Assembly (NCBI RefSeq): GCF_018350175.1
Contig: NC_058369.1
Span: 20,772,001 to 20,836,000, forward strand
Length of the DNA: 64,000 bases
Direction: 5' to 3'
DNA from: Felis catus
Lineage: Eukaryota
Of this stretch, positions 23,869 to 36,497 are shown one piece after another. Below the pieces are notes generated by a model. The model did no database searches. It saw only the letters and a program-made list of their open reading frames with translations, and was not told the DNA's origin. The first letter of the stretch is position 1. Each line of letters opens with the position of its first letter. The translations under genes were made by a program, and so were the position numbers.

Positions 23869-26792
23869 ACTTGCTGGAGGACAAGCAGTGGCAGCACCAC
23901 TGAAGAAGGCAGCCGGTAGCCTGTGGCGTGGTGGGGGACTGGGACCAGAAAGCAGAGGCTAGCGCTTTCCCCGGAGTCCAAATGCCAGGAAACTCTCTGG
24001 GGATGATGCCAGCAACATACAAGCAGTAAGGGGAATCTTGGGGGTGAGACCCACGGTCTTCCCCAGCAGTGCCCATTTACCCAGAGGATTGCTCAGCTCC
24101 CACACCAGGTACCTTGGTGTTCCTGGAAAGAGCAACATTCCACAAACGCTCTTGCCTGTCTGTCTGTGGCCCACAAAAACAGCCCCGGGGAGCAGGTGGC
24201 CCTAGGCTCTGCTGTGGGACAAAACCAGCAGGGACTAGAACGCAGACCGAGCTTCTCCACCACTGACAAACATAATCCCAACCCTTCGGCACCCAGACAA
24301 CCCCGGCCCCCACCAACCTTGCCAGGGCCCCTCCTCCTGCCCTCACTGGTGCTCCAGCCCCACCAGCCTGCTCAGGGGTCCTGACTTCGAGCTCCAGTCT
24401 TCTCTTGCTTCAGGATCTTTCTGTGACCTCTGGCATTGAGCTCTTAATTCAGTTATTTCTAATCTCTCTCCGTTTTAAATAAACTCCTTTAAGGCTACAC
24501 ATTTGCCTCTGATTACCACCCTAGATACATCCTCAAAGTTTCCAATATGCAATATTCTCACTGGTGGCCACCTCCAAACATTTAGTTTCCACAGTGATTT
24601 ACTCTTTAGCCCAGCAGTTACATTCTGGAGTGCATTGTAGCTTCCAAACCATGGGGGCTTGATGGGCGCTTTTGTCACAGACACTGATCCAATGTGATAC
24701 ACGTTGAAATCATTCTGCCTTCAAGGTGGCTTATTCTTTTTGGTTAATCAGTTACTCTCAATGCATTAGTTCACCAGCTCAGGGCAGGAATGTTGCCAAA
24801 TTGTTTCTTCTCCCAGGCAAGACCCAGGGGCCTCTCCAGAGACTCCTGAGTATGACTCTGAACTCTCTGCTGAGACTTTAGCAGTGTGGTCTGAATGCCA
24901 GAGGTCCTGCCTGAGATCCTGGTCCCCTCTGGCTCCAGGCCATGTCTACAGGTAGGATGCCTCACAGGCTCAACCAGATCCTTCCCTCCCTTTCTGGATC
25001 TGGCCAGCTTTGGTGAGACCATTCATTCTGCTTGGTCGTCATGAGCACTGGATGCAGCCTGGCCTCCCACTCCACTCTCCCTCCTGATGCAGCTGCATGT
25101 GGCCCTCGAGGTTGGCTAGGCCCACACCCAGTCACTTCACCAAATGCCATCTTTGCCTTGACAACCTCCAAACCAAGAGCCCCGCACAGTCTGCTTTCTT
25201 CACTCTTGAACAGCAAGGTGTTAATCAAGAAACTTGAAGGAAAAAAAAAAAAAAAAAAAGGCAAAACAAAGGAGCCCATGGTGTTTAGCTCCCATAGCTT
25301 CTGGGTGACTTTCCCTTTAGGGCCCCTATAGCTGGTCCAGACCCCTCTGCTCTCCTCACTCCCTTCCACCGGACTCCCTGAGGCCCCTGTGCACCTGAAC
25401 TCTGACCACTGTGTCCACAACAGCTATGCTGGCAAAGACCCAGCCAGGTACCCCATCCACCACCACCTCACGAGGCTTTTGTAATGTTTTTCACTGGCTA
25501 CCAGCCAACAAATAGTAATGTCACAACACATGCCTGGTGTCAGAAGTAACAGAAGAGTGACCATTAAACAAAGACATGGAGACCAAGGAGGCATAAGCGG
25601 CCTCTGGTGTGGGAGCCCTGGTCTCTGATTCCCCAGGCTGCTTCTTCCACAAGCCCCACACCAGGGAGGCTCCTGCATTCATTCACCAGCATCTTGCTGT
25701 GGGCTGGCTCCTGTGTCTGAGTAGTGGCCCCGTGGACTAGGAGTGGCCTCTGGGAAGAGCTGGTGCCCAGAAATGCTGAGGCTCTCTCCTGACCTTGGCC
25801 AAGGACACCTCCTCCCAATCCTCAACCCTGGGCTGCTGGCAGGGGACAGAAAGCCAGGCAGGCCTCTTGGTTTACTCAAGGTAGGAGTACATGAGCTGTT
25901 CTCCCTCGTGATGTCCCCTCACCTCTCCCAGGAGGTGCCCAACCATCCAAACCAGGTCTGAGCTTCCCAAGCATAAACCTAATTTTCCAAAATGAAATGA
26001 CTACACAAGGGGCCGCAGAGTGCCGGAAGAAACAAGGTGGCAGGGCGGGGGGGGGGGGGGGGGGGGGGCACGTTCAGAGAGCCTCCTTCCACCTGGAGCC
26101 ACCTAGGGGCAGCCCATGCATCCCAGGCCACTCTGTCACACTGCCGCCTCTCCTCCTTGACCATGTGTACCCCTTTACTGCCACTTGCCCAGCCCCAGCC
26201 TAGGCTCTGGCATGACACAAGCTCCCAGGGACATGGGTGGATCCCGTGCCCTGAGCCTGTGATTTCACAGTAAACAAGCCTAGGAGCACAGCCCCAGGTG
26301 CAGACAGCAGCGCCAGTTCTGGGTTCTAGGCCCTTAGTTGGATGGCTGCTCACCTGCACCATGAGCCAGCTGGGGTGCGTGGAACCACATGCCCAGTGAT
26401 TCCCGTGCAGCTCAGTCACTCCACAGCAACATGAACGCCAACTGCATAGCCATAAACACCAGATTTAACTCCCACCCACGTCCCGCCCACCATCCTCTCC
26501 CAAATAGCTCTGGGGAGTTAAACCAAATGAGCATGGCTCAAGATTATGTTTCAGAAAATACAGAAAAATAAATCTGTATTTCTAGCACACTGCCCCCACA
26601 CTTGCCACCCAGAGCTATGGGGGCCTCGCTCAGGGCACAAGGTTTCAAACAACAGCTGTACTTGCTGGGGAAGTCCTTCCTTCTTCTGCTCTTCCCTGCT
26701 GCAAGGTGAGGGGTGGGACAGGATGAAGAGGCCCCTGTGTGCCCTGACACCCCTAAGTCTATACTGGATTCAGCAAGAAGCAGGAGCTCCTT

Positions 26793-26961
26793 AAAGCATA
26801 AGAGACTCTTAAAAAATGAGAACAAACTGAGGGCTGATGGGGGGTGGGAGGGAGGGGAGGGTGGGTGGTGGGTATTGAAGAGGGCATCTTTTGGGATGAG
26901 CACTGGGAGTTGTATAGAAACCAATTTGACAATACATTTCATATATTTAAAAAATAAAAAA
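26793..26961 (+). mobile_element. 5'-truncated L1_Fc 3' end
   Basis: GCATAAGAGACTCTTAAAAA.TGAGAACAAACTGAGG..GGGATGAGCACTGGG..AAACCAATTTGACAATA; TSD AAGAAGCAGG(A/G)GCTCCTT at 26775 and 26962. Confidence 0.88.
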
Positions 26962-27540
26962 AAGAAGCAGGGGCTCCTTTTCCTCTTGCTTAAGTGTCAA
27001 AGCTGTGGCAGATCCCCAGGGCAAGACCTTCCAGAGCCCCAGAGAGGGCACTGGCACCTCTGCCAGGCCACTGCCAACAGATACCTGGCCTGTCCTCCAG
27101 GAATTGGGCCGTAGAATGTGGCCTGACAGGCGGGACTAATAATGGGCACTGCAAACAGACCTGTGGACCAAGGCACCAGCAGGCCACACCTACTCAGAGC
27201 AACTGGTGGGGACAAGTACATTCAGAGGAGTCACCACAGGGACAGATTTCAGGAGCTGTGTGACAAAAGAGAAACCAAAGCAAGAGGATGTTCTGGGGGA
27301 GATGAGGACAAGACTAAACAAAAAGCCAGATAAACCCTTGAAACACTCTGTGGGAGAGTGGGTGGAAGGAAAACAGGCACTCCCATCCCAGTGGGGGAGG
27401 GGCTGACGGCTATGGCCCTGTGCCCATAGAAAGGGGTGAAGCCATCAGAGTCCCCTACCATGGATTCATTTTCCTACTAAAGACTGACTGCCCACCCAGG
27501 GTGCCAGAACCATGCCCATAACAGAAACGTTCAGTGGCCT

Positions 27541-27743
27541 TTTATTTATTTTTAAATGTTTATTACTCATTTTGAAAGAAAGAGAAAGTGTGTGTGAACA
27601 GGGGAGGGATAGAGACAGAGAATCCCAAGCAGGCTCCATGAAGTCACGGCAGAGCCTGACGCAGGGCTCGATCCCACGGACCATGAGATCATGACCTGAG
27701 CCAAATCGAGTTGGACACTTAACCGACAGCCACCCAAGCTTCC
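27541..27743 (-). mobile_element. CAN-SINE
   Basis: Reverse-complement SINE body. Confidence 0.85.
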
Positions 27744-29067
27744 CATTCAACAGCCTTTTAAAGAGCTCTTACCTAGAGCAACAAAAGATCTTTTCCAAGA
27801 GCTGAAGTGGAAAGGGACCAACATCTGTGAGGATCTACTATGTCTGGTGCTGGGGAATGTAGACACACCCTCGCCTGTTATGAGGCAGATACAGGAGTTC
27901 TTACAAATGAGCAAAGTCTTAGCAAAGTCAAGGTCTTGCCCAATGTCCCAGGGTAAGAGGCAATGCTGGAATGGCCTGACCTTGATGCCCAAGGCCTTTC
28001 CTCTCATCTGCAGCCTCCTGAAACCCAGACTTAACTGAACAAGATGTGACAGTACTCATGGCTTTTCCAAACCAGAAACAGGTGGGTACAAGCTATTTGT
28101 TCCTGGAAATACTGGGGTGTTTCCTTAAAAAGCTGGGCACCATCACTGACCAGATAAGGCTATATGAACCCTCCTCAAGCGAATGCATCCTAGCACTTGG
28201 CTTCAAAAAAAGAAGCTGGCAAAGGTGACTGGTGCAGGCTCTTTACCAGCTCAAGCCACAGAGAGAGAAATTGCTCCTGCGTTCCCAGGGACAAAGGCAG
28301 AAGAAAGAGGGCAATGTACCACATCCAGGCTGGCAGCGCCCTCTCTGCTCTGTCCACTCTCCACTTGGGCAGATTAGGCTGGAGGTAGACGGCTACCCAA
28401 CTGCTCAGCCCCAACCCCTGCCTTGGCAAAGGGGTCAGTGTCTGCTCAGGTTGCATTTGGTAACTTGCCACCCGCTGCCTCCTCATCACTGAGGCCCATC
28501 ACAGCTGAAGCAGCAGAGCTATTGAGGGGCCGGGGCCCAAGGACTTGAGCTAGCAAAGGGCTTGCTCAGCTCTTAGGCCTGCCACCCAGCAGCCAAACAC
28601 TTGAAGAGACTCACGCGTGGAAGCCTCTGTAGAGCCACATGGGCCACAGCTGCAGCCAAGGAACTATTCCCAGGGTACAGTCTGCGTGGCATCAAACACC
28701 CATGGGACAGGAGCCTCTCTGTCCCCAGCTACATCCCCTGAATGGCCCTTTGTAGCTCAGAGTCCCAAAGCCAGGACTTCAGAAGAAAAGCACCAGAATC
28801 CTCGAGGCCCACAATAAGCTTATAACTGACATCCACCTCTAACCTCACAAAGTGAGCCAGCCTCACATGGGCCAATGGGAGGTGTGACCAAGTGCATGCT
28901 AGAGAACCACCAAACTGCTGCTATGGTCAGACTCCCAGGTTGACAAGCTGCCCTCAAAGCAGTACAGAAGACCCAGGCTGCATTGGGTGATCCTGATCTT
29001 AGCTCTGGCACTTGGCAAGTGCCTCCGTCCTGGTGCCCCCATACCATTAAAAGACAACTAAATAGAT

Positions 29068-29275
29068 GGGGCACCTGGGTGGCTCAGTCAGTTAAGCAGC
29101 CAACTTTGGCTCAGGTTGTGATCTCACAGTTCGTGGGTTCAAGCCCTGTCGGGCTCTGTGCTGACAGCTCAGAGCCTGGAGCCTGCTTTGGATTCTGTGT
29201 ATGCCTCCCGTCTCTGCCACTCCCCTGCTCTCACTCTCTCTCTCTCTCTCTCTCTCTCTCAAAAATAAGCATTAA
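29068..29275 (+). mobile_element. CAN-SINE
   Basis: Head, (CT)n, TSD AAAA(G/C)ACAACTAAAT. Confidence 0.9.
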
Positions 29276-29849
29276 AACACAACTAAATGGCATATCAGAC
29301 TTCCAGCCTCAACCCAGATAAGAAAGCGTCAGCCCAACAGCACTGCTTCCCCTGACCCTTCTTCTCCACGCTGTTGCTCCCTCAGTGCTCCCCCACAGGA
29401 GCTGGCTCAGGTCCTGCCCTCACGCGGGACACAGGCACTTCCCTGGCACATACCCAGAGCCCCCTCCCAGCTGAGGGCTGTCTCACCCCCAGCATTGGCT
29501 TCCTGTGGCTGGCTTCTCTCAGCTGGTGTGCCACCCCCTGCCCAGCTGGCCCTGCCTTTCTCACAGGTGTGGAACTGAAAGCAGGAGGGGGGTGTGCTCC
29601 AGTTGGCCGAAAAAACTCAATAGCCTTCCCTCCCACAGCTCTCTCTGGGCCACGCCCAGGGATGGTCACAAGGAGGTCCTCCAAGTCCAAACCAAAGTTT
29701 CACTTGGTTCCCTCCTGCTGAATCAGAATGAGGTCATGTAGCAGCAAGGCTGGGACACAGCAGCCACAAGGCCTGCTGGCCTCCTCCACAGATCAGTGAT
29801 CTAAAGACAAGAGTGAAATCACAACTTGACATCTAAAAGCTGTGTGTGG

Positions 29850-30076
29850 GGGGTGCCTGGGTAGCTCAGTGGGTTAACTGTCCAACTTCGGCTCAGGTCA
29901 TGAGCTCATGGTTTGTGAGTTTGAGCCCCATGTCAGGCTCTGTGCTGACTGCTCGGAGCCTAGAGCCTGCTTCGGATTCTGTGTCTCCTTGTCTCTCTCT
30001 CTGCCTCTCCTTCACTTGTGCTCTCTCTTTCTCTCTCTCAAAAATAAATAAACTTTAAATAGATAAGTAAAATAAA
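29850..30076 (+). mobile_element. CAN-SINE
   Basis: Head and A-rich tail. Confidence 0.9.
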
Positions 30077-30705
30077 AGTGGGTGTGTGAGGCAAGTGAGT
30101 ACTCAGGGTCGAACCGTAGAGACATGGATACTTATCCCAGCTCTGCCACCCTAAGCTGCATGGGACCCCGACAATTCAAACCACTCTCTGGGCCTCAGTT
30201 GCCCCATCTGGATCAAAAGTACTTTCAAATCGGCCATCCTCATCTGTGGGATGGAATCCCTGGGCACTGAGGACCCAGTGGGGACCCCTGGGGCCACTCA
30301 GTCACACACTTCAAGAAGTGGCTTGTGGCAGCTGGGCCTTATGGGGGCACTTAGCCACCTCCTGGAACAGAATGTGAATGCTCAAGTCACCACACAGCCC
30401 AGGTGCAAATCTTTCTGGAAAGGTAGACCAGGGAATGGACTTCATGATCAGGGAGCCCAAGAGGACTATACATCTGCATGGGGCTATGTGAACCCAGATG
30501 TCCCTTGGCCTAGTTCCCACATTTCCAGGTTCAACGGCAGACAGGCAACTGCGCCATCTCACTTGGTCCCTGTTTCACTTCTCCAGAAGAAGGTCAATGG
30601 GTTTCCGTTATGTGCTTGATGCTGTGCCCAAACACAGGACAGGCACTTAGACACCACATTTCTAGGGTTATCAGTCTAAGAGGTGAGTCAGCTGTTTAAA
30701 GAACC

Positions 30706-30708
<3 letters not shown>

Positions 30709-30738
<30 letters not shown>
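30709..30738 (+). repeat. (AC)n microsatellite
   Basis: About 15 perfect AC units. Confidence 0.95.
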
Positions 30739-30740
<2 letters not shown>

Positions 30741-32050
30741 AAGGCCCTGGATGATCACTTGGCACACATCTGTTTGCATGTTTCTGGATATTGCTTTCTT
30801 TCTGTGGGGAGCAGGAGAGACAGCACCATTCTGGTGGTTTTCAAATACCCTCTTTGGTTATAAGATCTCAGACTGGTTACACATGAATCTGAATAACTGA
30901 CCTGCCAAACAAATAACAAAGGTGGCTCTGTAACAAGAGCAGAGGTAACCCAGCCCCGGGGCCACATATTACACCTAGATGTGCCAGTTGCTGGGCGAAT
31001 GAGACATGTCCTGCACTGCAGACATGTGACATGGAGGACGAGGGGTCACCATGGGCTGAGGGCAGCAAGGAGCCTTCCAGGTCCCAAGGAAGCAGAAGAC
31101 AAGGCCCATGCTCCCACGTCAAGCCACAGCCAATGGCCAATGGCCCCCGTGTGCCTGACTCCGATGGCGGTGAATCCAGAGCCCTAGCTAGACACCACAC
31201 CTTGCTCCCTGCCCAAGATACACGGGCACCCCAGGGCCTCCCTCAGCCCTCAAGAGCCTGCCCCCCTGCTCACAGGTGGAGAAGGCGACAGACTGACAGC
31301 TCTGGTCTCTGCACCCCATGTCCAACTTGGGTGTGGCAACTATGTCCCAACAGGAGACATTCTGTTCTGCCCAGCAGGAGACAGCTCAGCCATAATTGGG
31401 GGCTGGTGTGGGGGTGAGGGTGAGAGAGTGACTCCCAGACCGGCTTCTAGGAGAGCAGCAGGCAGCCCACCTCACCATGGCTCTGCGCCTGGCCACTGCC
31501 CACTGAGAGAATCCAGGGCACCAGCTGCATTGGTGAAGGTTGCTCAGAGAGGTCCCTTGATTCAATTCCAGGAATTCCCAAACAAACACACAGGAAGATG
31601 TCCATCCTAAGCACTCGTCTCTGAGAGATACCTGTTAGTTTCTATCTCCAAAGGCATCAACATCTGTAGAACCCTCAAGAGACCCCAATGGCAATTCAGG
31701 GCATGGGGTCCAGGGCTCTATTCAACCAAGGGATGCCTGAGGTTACTCAGGGGGCAGATTCCATGTAGCTCCCTGGGATAAATGTGCCAACCATGTCTGA
31801 ATGGCTCTGTCCCACTCCCAAGTTAGCTCCTGCACCCTCTTCTCAGCTGCGGTACCAGGCCCAGCACTTCTGCCAGAGCTCATGGGCCCCATGAAGGGCA
31901 AACCTGTTTCCGCCCTTCGCTCCACTGCCCAGACTGTGAGGGGACCACAGAAGCCATCCCCAATGGGCTCCAAGGGAAGGCCCACCTCAGATGAACCACA
32001 GCCCTGCATGTGCCTCAAGGCGGAACCTTCGCCTCCCTCTACACCACTCA

Positions 32051-32434
<384 letters not shown>

Positions 32435-34091
32435 TCAGGTGATTCCCCCACCTCTCAAAGCACACAGAGTGTCGAGCTGGGGCAGAATGGAGTGCTCAAA
32501 CGTAATGCTCCGTCTGTCTTTCATACTGCTACTCAGGGGGAATGAGGTGGAAAAGAAATCCCCTGAAGTCCCAATACCATGCCCCTGCCCTACAAGAGTG
32601 TGGGGCAGGCAGGCAGACGGTAAGACACGCTCAGGAACTAGTCAGGCCTGGGTTCCAATCCTGGCCTCCCTGCTGGCCCACTTTATGACCTTGAGCAAGC
32701 ACCCTGACACATCTAAGCCAGTTTGTTTCTCCTGCTGGATCATGGCACTCACATGTCAGGGGTGCCGTGGGGATAAGCCTGCCTATGGGGCCTCTGTACA
32801 GAGTGAGCCCTCAGATGTGCCTCTCGGCTGCCCCTGGTGTCACACGCAGTTTCTAGGTCCTGCCACTTTACCCAACACTCAAAAGCTCAATCCCATCCAT
32901 GACTTTCTTTTCCCCATTGGCCTGACCCAAACCCCACTATCCGTCCCGGTGTCCCTCACTCTGCAGGATCCAGCCAGCCCAGCCCTTGACAGCTCTCCAG
33001 CCTGATAGCTCTCCAAGTATTCCCCATGGGCCCAGGAGACCCTTGCCCACCTCTTCCCCTGACCTTGAAGCTCATTACTCAGTTACCTCCTCCGAGAAGC
33101 CTCCTGGCCTCCTGGGGGCCATCCCCTTGAACTGTCCTCCTGAAGCACCACGAGTCTCCAGTGGGTGTACTCCTCACAACAGTGTTTTACATTTATGTGT
33201 AACTATTTCATTCCGGGCTGGGTCCCCCATTAGACTGGGTGCTCTGTCAGGCAGGGGCTTGACTCAGTGTCAGGCACTGAGCGGGACTCAGAAAGCAGTG
33301 GGTGAGTGGGTGAGTTGGACCCAGGCAGGCCACATGGGGACGACAATGTGAGCACCAGCTACATCGCAGCTTCTAAAGCAGCTGCTGAAGACGACCCCAG
33401 TGCCTTCATACCCACTATTCAGGCCTGGGAGGGGACATCAGCGGGGATAAGATAACCGCGGCCTGCCAAATCAGAACAGCCACAAACAGAAAGGCAAATT
33501 CTAAAACCAACCCCTCATCCTGGCACTGTGAGGCTGCAAGAGCAATAAACACATCCACCGCAAAATGGCCTTCAGCAGAACCCACAGAGGAACATGGAGC
33601 CCCTCAGACACCGGCCCAGCTGATAAGCTCATATGCCTGGGGAATGTGGGTACATGTTCCCGAGCACACTTGGGGGAGACAGCCAGGGCTTTACATAACA
33701 TGGCAATTTATGTCTGAACACTCTTTAAGCACCAGAACTCCAGGAGCCAGCCTGCAGAGGGGCTGATGATGTCTGGGGACGGGGAGGTCAGTGTCCTCAG
33801 TGCTTACTTAGATTTGGGGCATGGAGAACAAAAGAATACAGCCATAGATGACCCCAGCAGGAACTGAACAGGTGCAGAGTGTGACTATCACCACCCACAT
33901 GTAGAGGGGCACACACATGTGCAGAGGGATGTGGACAGAAGCTCCTGGTAGGGCCCTCCTATACAGTCTTATGGGTAGGACAGAAATAAGGGAATTTTTA
34001 CTCTGCATACTTCCAGAATAATTTTTTAACCATCAGTATATAGTCACTGTGATTACACAACTGGGTGAATGATAAAAAGCAAATCCTTCCC

Positions 34092-34565
34092 GAGGTAACT
34101 GGGTGGCTCAGTCATTAAGCATCCGACTCTTGATTTCAGCTCAGGTTGTGATCTCACGGTTCATGGGTTCGAGTCCCACGTCAGGTCCCTCGCTGACAGT
34201 GCAGAGCCTGCTTGGGATTCTCTCCCTCTCTCTCTGCCCCTCCCTACTCACATGTGCTGTCTCTCTCAAATTAAATAAACTTAAAAAAAAAAAAAAAACC
34301 ACCTGTGTGTAGGGGGGGGCACCTGAGTGGCTCAGTCAGTTAAGCATCTGACTTCAGCCCAGGTCATGATCTCACGGTTCGTGGTTTTGACCCCCACATC
34401 AGGCTCTGGGCTGACAGCTCAGAGCCTGGAACCTGCTTCAGATTCTGTGTCTCCCTTTCCCTCTCCCTCTCCCTCTCCCTCACTCTCACCCTCTCCCTGT
34501 CCCTGCCCCACATGTGTTCTCCCTCTCTCTCTCAAAAATAGATAAATAAACATCAAAAAACAAAA
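34092..34565 (+). mobile_element. Two tandem CAN-SINEs
   Basis: Heads at ~34092 and ~34315; outer TSD CAAATCCTTC. Confidence 0.9.
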
Positions 34566-36279
34566 CAAATCCTTCTCTCCCCTCAATAGAGAGTCCTGTC
34601 CAGGGAGACAGAGCCCAGGCCTAGCCTGGCATCACCCTGGCAGCACTTCAGGCTGTAAGTCTACAGGCTAAGAGCTAGTGCCCTGCACTCCTGAGGGGCC
34701 AGCTATGCTCACCAGACTGCTGGCTCACATTGGCGGAGAAGTGAGGGACGAGGAAGGCCAAAACACTGGGAGATGCTCCCAGGGGAGCCCCGCCACCCTA
34801 AGCCCTCAGTCCCACAGCAGAACAGCTACCTATGCCCCATCTTCCCTCGGGCTTCAAATGCTACTCCTGGCATGTCTGCCTCCCTGAGCCTGGAGAAGGG
34901 CACTCTATTCTCGTTTCTGCAGCCCTTGGCAGCCTGTACTGGAAAGAACGCCACCCCACCCCACCCCACCCCACCTGAGACAAAGCTGGCAGAGGAACAG
35001 CCAGGGTCAGGAGGGTGGATCGGGGGAGGGTGAGCTCAGGGAGCCCAGGGCTTCCCAGCACCACCAGGCTGGCGGGGTCAGGATGTGGATGCCATGCCAG
35101 GGCCTCCCACCTGGGCAAGTCCACCCCAGGGAAGGGAATCTCCTCCAGAGAAAGGGCACCAAAAGCTCTGCCCCAGTATAAATGGCAGGAATATCAAAGA
35201 CCTCCTAGCTGGGGTGGAAACATCTGGAACCATTTACTCCAGAAAAGGGCTCAGACTGGGGGTGAGGATGTACCAGATGCCAGGACCTACTGCCTTTCCC
35301 TCCTTGTTCTCCTGCCTTGCCCACCAGCCCCACCAGCCTGGGGCAGCCTCTCTGGCTCTACAGAGGTGGGACAGCCATTCTAGGGAGGCCCTGTCCTAAG
35401 AATCATCCCTGCGTGACAGTCCCCCAGGTAGGCTCCCACCATAAAGTCCTGAGCAGTGACTGTGCAGGAATAATCCACTTTTCATCAAGCCCAAAACTTA
35501 CAGGCCCTCTTCTTGCTTCCATGGCAGTTATCAGTGTTAACTGATGGTGGATTGCCATTTGGGCACAGCTGTGGGCTCCTGGCAAAAGAAAGACTCCAAC
35601 TCAAGGTCAGAGGTATACCAACATCAAGGTTCTACAGGCCACCAGGAACCCAGAGAGGGTGGGATCGAGGTCACTGCAGACCCTGCCCTGGGGACTGGCC
35701 ACAGCTGGCGGGCAGCACATGGCCTGAGGAGAGTCCCAGGTACCCACAAGCCACTCTGCCCACACAGCTCTGTTGTACAAGCCTTCGGCAAATCTGGCCT
35801 ACTGCCCAGTGGGCTTCAAACTGACCGAGGAGCCCAGAGTAACCCCCAGGTACCCAAGTAGGAGGTACCTTCCTAAAGCAGGCCACACCAGACCGAGTCC
35901 CACCCCACTCTCATCACAAAGGGCTCAGCTTAACTTCACCCGGGGTGACTTCTCATAATATGCAACTGGAACTACCCGTGACTTTGGGTTTATGAGGGGC
36001 TATGGATTCATACAATGAAGTTGCTCTGATACTAGCAGGGAAGGATGTTCAAAACCCTCCTCTTTGTGACTGTCACATAAATGCTCACTTAGGGATGGTG
36101 GGAAAGAGCCAGTGAGTTGGCCAGATCAGGTGGGACAGTGCACTGCCTCCTGACCAACTGTTTCAGTCTCAAAAACCAAGCAAAGGGTACAGGCCTGACC
36201 CACCAGCTGCGTAGCTGCCTTAAAATCCTCTGTGACTGTAGCTGGGGTGGGACAGAGGGGTGTGTTAAGAACCAATGGA

Positions 36280-36497
36280 GGGGCTGCCTGGGTGGCTCAG
36301 TCGGTTAAGCAACCGACTTCGGCTCAGGTCATGATCTCACTGTTCGTGAGTTCAAGCCCTGCGTCGGGCTCTGTGCTGACAGCTCAGAGCCTGGAGCCTG
36401 CTTCAGATTCTGTGTCTCCCTCTCTCTCTGCCCTCTCCCACTCCTGCTCTCCTTCTCTCAAAAAAAATTAATTAATTAAAAAAAAAAAAAAAAAAAA
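36280..36497 (+). mobile_element. CAN-SINE
   Basis: Head, A tail, TSD AAGAAC(CA/TG)ATGGA. Confidence 0.9.
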
